NCBI GenBank assembly: GCA_040285825.1
Contig: JAUPSS010000003.1
Span: forward strand, 558,001-622,000
Source: Eukaryota sp. TZLM1-RC
Taxonomy: Eukaryota > Protista > Metamonada: BaSk clade
Length of the DNA: 64,000 bases
Direction: 5' to 3'
Position numbers and translations under genes: made by a program. Below, piece after piece: positions 22,601-31,531 of this stretch. Every line of letters starts with the position of its first letter. Positions within the stretch are counted from its first letter, which is position 1. The notes beneath the pieces were generated by a model, which saw only the letters and a list, made by a program, of their open reading frames with translations, was not told where the DNA came from and did not search any database.

Positions 22601-23809
22601 CATGTTAAGGTATTAATTAAGCACGTAGATGAAAACAAGAATAGGGTATTTGGCTCAATGAGGAGCAGCGATATTGGGGTTGTTCTGGAAGAGGAGAAGG
22701 AATTTAAACTGGATGATGTTATGGTTGGTGAAAGTAATGATGAAGGTCAAAATGATGATGTGGACCAGGGATTTAATGAGCCTTCCGATAGCGATTCAGA
22801 TTCTGAGCTTGACAGGGTTGATGTGGTCAATATGGATGATTCTGATGATGAAATTGTCGATTTAAACCTCGATGAAGTTTCTGATGAAGAAGTTGTTGAC
22901 CCTTTCATGACATCATCAACGCCAATCAGCTCTAAACTCACGGAAAACGAGGTCAGAAAGACAGAAGACCTATTGGTTACTGGTTCTAATGCTAATTCGA
23001 CAGCAGACATTGAAAGAGAATTACTCGCCAACCCCACTTCACCCCCACTTTGGATTCAGCTGGCCGCGCTCTCTTTGGCTGAGGCTGACATTGAGAAGAC
23101 AAGAGATACTTTTGACCGGGCTGTTGATGCAATGAAGGAGAGTTTTGGTAAGGATTTGGGAGACATTTGGGCCGCATATCTGAACTTTGAGAATAATTAT
23201 GGATCGCAAAGCACCTTGGAAAATGTATTTGAACGAATGAAAATGGTAGTCGAACCCAGCATTGCCCACTTGTCTTTCTGCAAGTGTCTAATTGGTAAAG
23301 TCAGTCAGATTCCTCTTGAAACTATTGTTGAAGCTTTGAGTGAGGCGGTCAAAAAATGTCAGACTTTGATTGACTTTTGGGTTTTGTACTATGAATTCTC
23401 CAGGGAGATGGAAGATCAACTTGATTCTGAACATTCTCCTAATGCGGTTATTAAAAGAGCTCTGTTCTTTTTACCATCCAGATATCATGTTGATTTTTCA
23501 AGAATAATTGCACAAAAAGAATTTAAATCAGGAAATCAACAAAAGGGACGATCTTTATTTGAAAAATTAGTCTCTAATCATCCAAAAAGAGCTGATCTTT
23601 GGTCTGTGTACCTGGACATGGAGATTAGTCATGGTTCTGTGGAATTCGCTAGACAGTTGTTTCATCGTTTGACCACCGTCAAGTTTTCTTCCAAGGCCAT
23701 CAGGAATTTATTTAGAAAGTGGGCAAAGTTTGAAGCTCAACATGGTACCAACGAACAACAAGCATTCGTCGAAACCTCTGCCAGAAAGTATTTGGAAAAA
23801 TTTAATTAA
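19652..23809 (+). CDS. RRP5: rRNA biogenesis protein RRP5 (S1 repeats + HAT/TPR)
   Basis: Multiple S1 domains, acidic linker, ERELLANPTSPPLWI, HPKRADLWSVYLDME. Confidence 0.93.
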   Translation: MSNIQRESLFGESSSTSRKRKAPRPTTLTKKSNPSPSYKSNTALYPAGTQSLGLVTRVAPNFLFLTLPGDVTAYVNVSNVSDELNEVLEADPNCSLVDFFSIGDVVLGVVLQAGHRPVLSLVPSAVNYSLADSEIDSSTPVSIVVKSEEDHGWLCSTGLDLPAFLPLQGNSQLKIGKVHVAYVVKSSPRHLQVSIPLKLEVPNISVDIKELAKRAEALADQAEEKPLKKIIKRDNLINSTKLYSKVPIKSANNAGIQLLLPTGEVFLYKTHLSDFCSHNDAILEFIKTVLNKIDQLKVAARTGTVYFPKKMIKLMNELGLEVDNFILKAGHVLTLHYPGFFSFPTMKRSVIEDFINNLYPDSPLKLSPHQEFFGFVKKVFENKVIVGFPNNLTGLLRTEKGNQFVTDQSIRVRVKSVNSEGKFLLSFAQSIKCDSLFHSLATLHTMEPTLTLPQLPQPGTLIEAVPVQETEFGLVLSLVTGGREQPTTSEDVTIVVPKDHFIATEESPVWVRVLSVKAKIGLVEATMKPELVGSVPSREKSLETRGKFKKQKSSLVKQDDDVMGSIIHVSNDSIIFSFSQEESRRPLFILVPCPLVSAGLMSNTTEFDELVKVFPIGFQTSIKIKSIGKDGSIIGQVKECLADMIEESQKGKSVADFSLNYHELSEDVKQSIDDLSSQKHDHTGNLTVGQRVSAVISSLSNGFYYLSLSPTTHGKLLHVDCGHSRDSVLEFVSNARVGDLVTAFITSIDNGLMFSLVDQPLIKDVVTVCRIESKFKTFGRLVQLPGNRKGVVHPCDVSDDLTRVGEGFGEGEVAECKIVDVCGDVVKVSLKESDFSDSAAKPITVDDLIVGQELQGLVVGQSESGLFVDISREFTGRVRSSQVSGKVLIGDVIKVYVLSILDKKASLSMKSFAKKSAPLTPKDQGKVLDCTVKNVQNFGLFLAAGLHNKTFNMRSLPTVFVHKSKVFDKGNEVDLENRFSIGDHVKVLIKHVDENKNRVFGSMRSSDIGVVLEEEKEFKLDDVMVGESNDEGQNDDVDQGFNEPSDSDSDSELDRVDVVNMDDSDDEIVDLNLDEVSDEEVVDPFMTSSTPISSKLTENEVRKTEDLLVTGSNANSTADIERELLANPTSPPLWIQLAALSLAEADIEKTRDTFDRAVDAMKESFGKDLGDIWAAYLNFENNYGSQSTLENVFERMKMVVEPSIAHLSFCKCLIGKVSQIPLETIVEALSEAVKKCQTLIDFWVLYYEFSREMEDQLDSEHSPNAVIKRALFFLPSRYHVDFSRIIAQKEFKSGNQQKGRSLFEKLVSNHPKRADLWSVYLDMEISHGSVEFARQLFHRLTTVKFSSKAIRNLFRKWAKFEAQHGTNEQQAFVETSARKYLEKFN

Positions 23810-24019
23810 AATTTAGATCATTAATACAACAATTATTTAATTTCTATTATAGTTTTGTTAGTCTTTAGTCTATAAATAACAATTTGATGATGTTTTTATT
23901 GCTTTTTTTGAAATTTTTCTACTTCCATAATCAATCGATGTGGTATTTGAGTTCTCTTTTAATGCATTATCAAATCTAATTAGTCAAGTCCATGAGTGAT
24001 GGATTACCAGTATTTTTCT

Positions 24020-24135
24020 ATCGTTATTAAAAGCCGTGAAAGCAGATCAGGATTTTTGAAGAGCAAATCTTGGTTAATGTCATTTAGTCCCATTAGTTCT
24101 GATTTAATTTTATTAAGTGCTGTATTTCAATAAAA
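24020..24135 (+). mobile_element. Very short 3' end of a subfamily C retrotransposon
   Basis: GATCAGGATTTT..ATCTTGGTT..GTCCCATTAGTTCTGATTTAAT..AAGTG matches the 3' ends at 1963-2060, 53590-53690 and 55920-56010. Confidence 0.65.
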
Positions 24136-24296
24136 CACTATTTGAAAAAGAGTAATAATTATTTAACTTCTTCCATATTTTTGTTAGTTCAAGTCTTGAT
24201 CAACTTGAATTTTATTTTCAAAGAAATAAATTTAAAAAAAACAAAATAATAAATTTATAATGATATAAAATGCTAAAGTACAATTAAATAATTAAA

Positions 24297-25292
24297 TTAT
24301 TTTGATCTGGCACTATTTAAAAATGGAGATTTCCTTAAACTATGTTTAGTTTTTGTCCTTCTACCAGAATCTCGAGGACTTTCCGGTTCATTCCCACTAT
24401 TTTGAGCATTACGAAGCCCAAATGCCTTATTGAGGGCAACAACTTCAAGCCCGTGTGTGACTGAAATTTCCTGAAGCGCATTTTTAAATCTTTTCCGACA
24501 CACTTCCAAATCAAGAGATTTTTTCCTCTGGAACTCGGCTTTAGCAGTGGTGAATCTTCTATCGAATGCCGACAGCTGATTCTTATGAAGTACCTTCAGT
24601 TTCTTGAGCTTTGCTTCTCCTGATGATTTTACTCCCATTTTGGTTCGTTCTAGTTCTATCACTTCTCTTTGATCAGCATCAGCTTTGACTTTCGCGGCTT
24701 CGGCATAGTTTCCTCCTTTGGCCAATGCAGCCTCCACTCTGCGTAGGTCCAAAAGCGAAGGTGATGGACGAACTCGACAGTTAATAACTGCCGATTCAAT
24801 TTCTTCAATCAATTGATTAATTTCTTGCTGATGAAGCACTTTCAATTCCTCCAACTCTTTCAGGTATTTAGCCCTCAATTCTCGTTCTTTCTGCTCCCAT
24901 ATTCCACACAACTCCTCCCATTCCTTGTCCTGTGAGTTACGAAGAGCTTCTACTTCCGCTTCCTGGCGATGAAGAACATCTTGCTTCTTCCTTTCGGCAA
25001 CTTGATGGCGTAATTCCTCCAGTTTGTTCTTAGCTGCACTAGCTTCCAAGTAGCGACCAGTGTTTTCGTATGAAAGACGTTGAGATTCCAGGTTGGATGC
25101 ATACTCTGCGATTTCTTCAGCAATGGCATCATTGATCTCATTGTTGCAGGTCATGTCTGACGAAGCAGTTTGTGGAGGATATTGAAGATCAGAAACTTCA
25201 GTAAGCATGAAACTCCCAGGAGATGGTGATTCTGGAGGAGCCGTTTCAGGTAAAGGAAGTGTATTGATGGATTCCTCAAGTGAGTTGTCCAT
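24297..25292 (-). CDS. Coiled-coil hypothetical protein
   Basis: 331-aa ORF with duplicated GxYxEA helical motifs (GRYLEA, GNYAEA). Confidence 0.75.
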   Translation of the reverse strand: MDNSLEESINTLPLPETAPPESPSPGSFMLTEVSDLQYPPQTASSDMTCNNEINDAIAEEIAEYASNLESQRLSYENTGRYLEASAAKNKLEELRHQVAERKKQDVLHRQEAEVEALRNSQDKEWEELCGIWEQKERELRAKYLKELEELKVLHQQEINQLIEEIESAVINCRVRPSPSLLDLRRVEAALAKGGNYAEAAKVKADADQREVIELERTKMGVKSSGEAKLKKLKVLHKNQLSAFDRRFTTAKAEFQRKKSLDLEVCRKRFKNALQEISVTHGLEVVALNKAFGLRNAQNSGNEPESPRDSGRRTKTKHSLRKSPFLNSARSK

Positions 25293-25308
25293 CTTGGAAG
25301 GATGTTGA

Positions 25309-27123
25309 ATGGAAAGAAATAATTACACAATGGCTTCGTTTCAGGTACTTCATCCAATCTACAATCTTCCTTCAACAAGACTTAAAACTGCTGAGTTTAT
25401 ACAAGCCTCTTCTGCACCAAACTCTGCTCTTTACATCCGTCAAGCTGCCCTGATCTTCCATGAACATCAGTGTCTTTGTTCTCTTGCGTTTGAATCATTA
25501 GAATCTAGTATCATTGAAGTTATCTACTCTTCCGACTCACACGTTTCTACTGCTTTTTCAGCAATCTCTACAATGTTTCCTGGTTTACTGATTAAAAACA
25601 AATTGAGACCTGAATTCACCAACGAATTACTCTTGAAATGTCTTCAATTTAATTTCAAACAGAATTTATTTAAAAAAGGATTCAGTATTATCAATAATGT
25701 TTATTGTAAAAAGCCATTGTTTTTTTCACTGGATATACAAGCTGTTGACTTTGAAATTCCAATTACCAACACTTCAGTCAAACTAACTGTTCTATTTAAA
25801 AACTTTGTATTCAATTCTATACCATTTACTCTTCCAAGTTCAATATCAAAAAAACTTTCATCTCAATCAATCAACCAACCAATCAGATTGATGGGATATG
25901 AGGGATCAGGCATGGTATGTAGAACACTTCCAAATCTAGAACAATGCTGGGCTATATCAGCTATGAAACCAGATGAAAAGCAAGGAAAAGAAGAGTCAGA
26001 AAGTTTTGACAATATTGATTTTCTGAGAAATTATTGGGCAATTGTACATTCTATTCACTTACCCACAACATTCACTCTCGTCAAGGTTTTATTCGGCTCT
26101 TCCACCAATCCACTCACTTATCCTTTGCCTTGTTTGTGTGATGTCTCCAGTACAGGGTTTGCCGTCAACAGAAAAGGAATGGGGTTGGAAGAAGTCTCAA
26201 CCATATTGAAAGAACTTATCCCTGAAGTTGAGTTTGATGAATCTAATGTTATCAATGCTTCTCTGTGGACCAAGGCAAGTTCATTGGGTACAGAGAGGTT
26301 TGACGGGTTTGTTTCATTAGGAAGTGCCTCCCATTTGCTCAAGAATGAACACAATTTACCAAAAGAAGTATCAAGTATAACCAACGGGGTCGATGAGTAT
26401 GAAAAGCACAGCGAGCATTCTCCACCACACCTCAAAGGTGAGGAGTATGAAATTGGCCACATGAATGACCAAATAGAATATGATGGAGGAATTCCATGTG
26501 AATGTGATCCAATCAAACCAAAAGGACTCTTAGGTTTAATGATGAAGGTTCAGAATGAAAATCCTAAACCACTTCAGCCTTTACAAAAACCAAAGGTAAC
26601 AACAATCAAGAAGCATGTACCCAAACCAATAAAGAAATCATCTGCACTCAACATTACACGGACAGAAGCAAGCACTACCAAGCTTAATCACAACACAGAA
26701 CCTCCAGCAAAGAAAAAGAAAGTTGATGACTTTAGAATCACTAAGCAAAAGATGGTGCAAGTATTTCTTCATTTCTTGGGTGAAACCAAATGTCTCGCAA
26801 CAATTCAAAACCGCAAACCCACAAAGGAAGCAACTTCGTCCAAGGCCAAACCTTCTTCACGACCAGAACCTCAGAACAAAAAGAATTTTGAGTCGAATGC
26901 ACCGGAATATACCTCTTCATTGGAAGCAAAATATGTGGAAGAACCTAAGCAAACCACCACACATTCAATGGATGTACTTTTATCAATGCACAGTGAAGGA
27001 AAACTTAGCAAACTAACCGTTCCTGAACTGAAGGCATTTCTAAAGTCAAATGGTTTAAAAGTTAGTGGTAAAAAGGCTGATCTGATTGAAAGGGTTGTGG
27101 AGTTTTTGAATTCCAAGCAATAG
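25309..27123 (+). CDS. C18orf63/DUF4708-like protein with C-terminal SAP domain
   Basis: CRTLPNL..F..LRNYW..HSIHLP..VKVLF..TYPLPCL pattern; SAP LSKLTVPELKAFLKSNGLKVSGKKADLIERV. Confidence 0.65.
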   Translation: MERNNYTMASFQVLHPIYNLPSTRLKTAEFIQASSAPNSALYIRQAALIFHEHQCLCSLAFESLESSIIEVIYSSDSHVSTAFSAISTMFPGLLIKNKLRPEFTNELLLKCLQFNFKQNLFKKGFSIINNVYCKKPLFFSLDIQAVDFEIPITNTSVKLTVLFKNFVFNSIPFTLPSSISKKLSSQSINQPIRLMGYEGSGMVCRTLPNLEQCWAISAMKPDEKQGKEESESFDNIDFLRNYWAIVHSIHLPTTFTLVKVLFGSSTNPLTYPLPCLCDVSSTGFAVNRKGMGLEEVSTILKELIPEVEFDESNVINASLWTKASSLGTERFDGFVSLGSASHLLKNEHNLPKEVSSITNGVDEYEKHSEHSPPHLKGEEYEIGHMNDQIEYDGGIPCECDPIKPKGLLGLMMKVQNENPKPLQPLQKPKVTTIKKHVPKPIKKSSALNITRTEASTTKLNHNTEPPAKKKKVDDFRITKQKMVQVFLHFLGETKCLATIQNRKPTKEATSSKAKPSSRPEPQNKKNFESNAPEYTSSLEAKYVEEPKQTTTHSMDVLLSMHSEGKLSKLTVPELKAFLKSNGLKVSGKKADLIERVVEFLNSKQ

Positions 27124-28380
27124 GTTGTTTTTCATGTGTTTGGAGCTCCTTAAGCAATAGAAATAATTTATATAGAAATAATTAAATTTTGAAAATAGCT
27201 AGACATACTTCATGGTTCACATACAAGCATCCATTTTTGAACTGTCCTTTTTTAGATAGAATGGAAATTCTTTCTTGAACTGACAACTTGTGATGGTGGC
27301 ATTTTTCTGTAATTCTCAGTCTTTTTCAGTCTTGTTTATCGATTGGACTAATGGTTACTGCTCCTGATTAGTCTTTATCTAATCTTATTAGGATTAATGT
27401 ATGAGTTTGCTGTATAAATGTTTTTATTCATGAATTGTAAGATGGTATATAACAAAGAATAGTTGATAAAGTTGTTATCCATCAAACACAGAAATATAAT
27501 AAATAAAATAGAAATAGCACCATGAAAAACAAAGCAATTTGATGAATTTGGTCGTTTATGCACATACTATGCCCTTGGTTGATTCAGATTGAATCAACGC
27601 TCCAACCTTTATTGTAAAGTTTTTTTTAAAATGTTAACTACAAATATAGCAACATTCTTTTGAACTCAAAATTTGGCTTGTATCCCAAGTAGGCTAATTG
27701 AAAGTTCCTTTTCCCAAGTTCGTAACACAATTTCGAAAAAGAGACCAAAAATTCTGCTACAGAAGTACCAAGCCTAGAGAGAAATAGTAAATTTCTAGAG
27801 TGAATTCTATCTAATACAAATATTTTAGGAGTGAAGTTGAAAGTTTAACTTCCCAACTGTAGCTTTTTCAACATTTTCCAAAGGACTGAAGTTTGATTTC
27901 AGTATATCAGCAGTAGTAGACTTAATCCAGTGATCAACAGTAGTGAGATCCAATTCAATATTTGAAATCGAATATGAGTTCTAGACTATTAGTTCGTCAT
28001 TTGTGTCTTGTTGTCTGATTACTTGGCGCTATTTGATAGTAGTTTAATTCTAATTTGTTCTAATTTTGCGTGAGTTCCATTACTGTCGAACATTTCATAT
28101 CAATAATTCCGAAGACCAAGAATCGAAGGTCAAGAATTGGTTGAAAGCATAATTAAATTTGGAACAATTTAGCACATAATGAAGCGTTTGTAGCAAGTTT
28201 AAAGAAACAGTGAGTATTATGTTGAAGTCGAAAACAAGGAAACACCAGATTTGTCTATGAAAGTCAAGGATACCAATGTAAAGGAAAAGGAGGAGATGTA
28301 GGGAGTTTACGGTTATCAAAAATTAAGATCAATAGTCATGAGTGTCAAGTTCAACAGAATTGCAAAAGATAATTTTAATA

Positions 28381-28590
28381 TAGTCCCCTGCTTCCTTCAT
28401 TGTCAAAACAGAGAATGTGGTGCCCATTGGGATCGGCATGTCAACAGTGTTGTGAACATGTACAAGATTACGTACTCTCATATTCACAATACCAAAGGTA
28501 TTACAAAGATCAGTTAGCATGTGAAGGTCAGCATGGAAAAAATACATCGAGCAATATTTAAAAGGTTTATTAGCATGATAGAAACATGCA
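28381..28590 (+). mobile_element. Short Fanzor 3'-end copy
   Basis: HCQNRECGAHWDRHVNSVVNMYKITYSHIH; homologous to 33867-34076, including the terminal GATAGAAACATG. Confidence 0.75.
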
Positions 28591-28628
28591 TTTATGGAGT
28601 TTCCTCTTACAAGGAATAATCCCAGAGG

Positions 28629-29153
28629 TCAAATTCCCTTAATCTTGTCCAATAGCCTGATAACTAAAGGAACAATATCCTCACTAACCTTTGCCGCAGT
28701 TCTACCAACAAACACTGGAATAACTTGATACAAACCCCAAAACAAGACGATTGAAACTAATAGATATCCAAGCAATCCTTTAATTCCTGATGATCTATAC
28801 TTAGTAATGTAGCGAGCAAATAGGATCGCAGAAAGTGAGGCAGTTGTTCTGATGAGACTTGAGGGTAAATAGCTTATCACCTGTGCACACGATGCATATG
28901 TACACTGTAAAAGTATTCCCCTTAATAGACCAAAGAAGATACCAATATAGATAACCATCGGAGCATCAAGGAGTGGATAGTGAGCAGGAGTTTCGGCAAC
29001 TGTTTCAGTTGCTCGAACTTCTGATCTAAGTGGCTTCGTTTGCGAATGTGAAGGATGATGTACTTCGCCATGAGAAGACTCTACGATCTTCTTAAGCCGT
29101 TTTTCTTTTTCCTGGAGTAATTTTTCGCGACGACGCTCACTAGGTGTAGACAT
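28629..29153 (-). CDS. Membrane protein, GET2/CAML-like
   Basis: N-terminal ERRREKLL..RLKKIV motif plus about 3 hydrophobic segments. Confidence 0.55.
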   Translation of the reverse strand: MSTPSERRREKLLQEKEKRLKKIVESSHGEVHHPSHSQTKPLRSEVRATETVAETPAHYPLLDAPMVIYIGIFFGLLRGILLQCTYASCAQVISYLPSSLIRTTASLSAILFARYITKYRSSGIKGLLGYLLVSIVLFWGLYQVIPVFVGRTAAKVSEDIVPLVIRLLDKIKGI

Positions 29154-29390
29154 TGGGGAGTTGCAGAAGAGTAATGTTTGCAGAGATATGAATCGTTGAA
29201 TTCAAAATTGTTGATTTTTGATTCAATGGACAACTGACCTGATTTCTTGCAAGTGGGTAATCCATGTTGAACGATTGGGTAATTTCCGAGTATTGGCTTT
29301 GATCTGCACCATTACAAGTCCATTCCTAAAACCGTAGTTTTTGTCTATATTTTTTAAATTTGTTTAAATTTATAACTACCATTCTACAAA

Positions 29391-30629
29391 TTAAATAAAC
29401 TTTAGGCAATCTTTGAAGCGGGTGAAATAATGATTAATATCGTATGTTTTTTGCTCAATAAAACTGAATATCCTAATGCAAAACCACAGCTTATTATTTG
29501 GCTCTTTTTCACCTACAACAACTATTCTACATCCACAAGATCTACATATACCATTTAAACACTTATTACAATCTTGCTTACAATAACAAGGCTCCAGTGT
29601 GGATAGAATTACCTTGGGAGAAAAACAAATTGAAATATGAAGTAAATAGGTTGCAGGTTCTACAAACGAACAGTTAGTGCCCAACTTATCGATACTATCA
29701 ATTTGATCAAACAAGTCGATTGAACAAGTATTTTCTAAAGGAATCATCAGAAACCACGGACTTTGGTCTACTGCTCTGAGAAGAGATGGTAATGATAGTA
29801 CTTCACGAAATCTAGCATGATTTTTGATTGGTAAAGGAGATACAAATCTTGGAATGGAGAAGACTTGATTACATTTAAAAAGTTCATTAATGTCCAATTC
29901 ATCAAACACAATACCCTCATGAATAGGAAACAAACTTGTCTCCACAAGAACAGTGTCCAATTTGCAATGTTCGTCTGTTAACTTTAGCAATGTTCTGCAA
30001 CTGCACACTTGACAGGTCCCAAATTGACATTTTGCGCAGAAATTCGTTGAACAGTAATTATTGTCAATTGTTTCACATGTGCAAACAGAACCATTAGAGC
30101 TTATTGCAAAGGGGGTGTTGGGTTTAACACCTTTTTTCAACCTGCAAAGAGTCAGTACAGACCAAATATTAAGGGAGTGATCAAGATCTGGTAGGAGTTT
30201 TCTTATGCATTTTTGGTCGCGTGAATTATGTAAGTAATCAACAAAATGGTCCAAATCTGAGAATTGTTGCTGCTGGAGATCAAGCATGTACAAATGACGA
30301 CTTCGTTTTGCATCGGGTATATCTCTTGTGAAACCCATCGGCTTCTCATTTCTGGTCTTCAGAGGGGCTTTTGATTTCTTCTTTTGAGAGTTGTTGGTGT
30401 ACTTCTTAGACGATTGACCTGGATTATCATTAATTTCACCCAGGAATGTCTTCAACATTACCAATAGCTGTGATAGCTCTTCTGAACACAGTGGTTGTAA
30501 TGAAAGTTGCTGGAGGAACAGATTGAGTTCACTTTCATTCATCAACAGTAGATTCTTGATGATTGATGAGGGAAGCCCCCTGAGCACGTTAAACACAACA
30601 CTTAAATCATCTAGAGTTGATTGAGACAT
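29391..30629 (-). CDS. Cys-rich hypothetical protein (ORF open to 30839)
   Basis: Long ORF with two CxC..CxxCxxGxCxxCxCR clusters. Confidence 0.7.
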   Translation of the reverse strand: MSQSTLDDLSVVFNVLRGLPSSIIKNLLLMNESELNLFLQQLSLQPLCSEELSQLLVMLKTFLGEINDNPGQSSKKYTNNSQKKKSKAPLKTRNEKPMGFTRDIPDAKRSRHLYMLDLQQQQFSDLDHFVDYLHNSRDQKCIRKLLPDLDHSLNIWSVLTLCRLKKGVKPNTPFAISSNGSVCTCETIDNNYCSTNFCAKCQFGTCQVCSCRTLLKLTDEHCKLDTVLVETSLFPIHEGIVFDELDINELFKCNQVFSIPRFVSPLPIKNHARFREVLSLPSLLRAVDQSPWFLMIPLENTCSIDLFDQIDSIDKLGTNCSFVEPATYLLHISICFSPKVILSTLEPCYCKQDCNKCLNGICRSCGCRIVVVGEKEPNNKLWFCIRIFSFIEQKTYDINHYFTRFKDCLKFI

Positions 30630-30684
30630 TACAATAGTACGTGAACTGTTGTGCAGGCAAATTATAATACAACTGTTTACACTC

Positions 30685-30743
30685 TTCTCATCTCCTCTCA
30701 CTTGATAGATGTTTTTCTCATCTCCTCTCACTTGATAGATGTT
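30685..30743. repeat. 30-bp tandem duplication
   Basis: TTCTCATCTCCTCTCACTTGATAGATGTT present twice. Confidence 0.9.
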
Positions 30744-31531
30744 CTTCGAAATAGCTTGCATTTGAAATAACTGTTGGTAAGGACAATGTAATGTATGAAG
30801 TCTCTTTCTTATTTCAATGCAAAAATTGAAAAATGCCACAAAATCTTTGTAGTAAAAGATAAAAAACTAAAACTATAAGAAAATTATGAAGACTGACTAC
30901 CATCACTCTCCTCTACATAGTAATCTACAACCGCCGATATAAAATGTTGATATATGCTGAATTGTGACTATTCCGTATCTTGTCGTTTGCATTAGATTTT
31001 ATCTACAATGATCAAATCGACATATCAAAAAGTCAAAGAATGGTGAAAAACTCAGAGAGAACCTATCATTTAAACATTTAATGACTGTTATAGATCGAAA
31101 CTATTTTGATTAAGCAACATCTAAATTGACAAATGTAGAATCAGTGAAGTAGAAATTTTTGTGTGTCCTGTTTCTATATGAAGCCAAATAGGAATCATCA
31201 TGGGAATCTGGGAAATGTGCTGAAAGTGTTTAGAATATTGTACTGATCTTATATCCTGCTGTGGTGACACACTTGTTATGTGGATTTGTCTTGTAGTAGA
31301 AAAACCAGTACAATCTACTGGTATCCCTCAAAAATATCAATTGTTGGAATTTCATGCTCTCATAGACAAAGAACTTGTGTGTTTTATTTCAATTTTAACA
31401 AAAAACAAGAATAAAAAACAATAATTATTCAAGTATTTTGGTCACCAAAAGATCAAAGAGAAAATTACAAAAATGGTCACGTTTGAGCTCTCCCTCTTTC
31501 AAATCTAGTCACATTTTGATAACTAACTTCG

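Noticed and set aside
27200-27600. Further Fanzor N-terminal remnant (LYTILQFMNKNIYTA)
   Set aside because: Only a vague resemblance; no catalytic motif.
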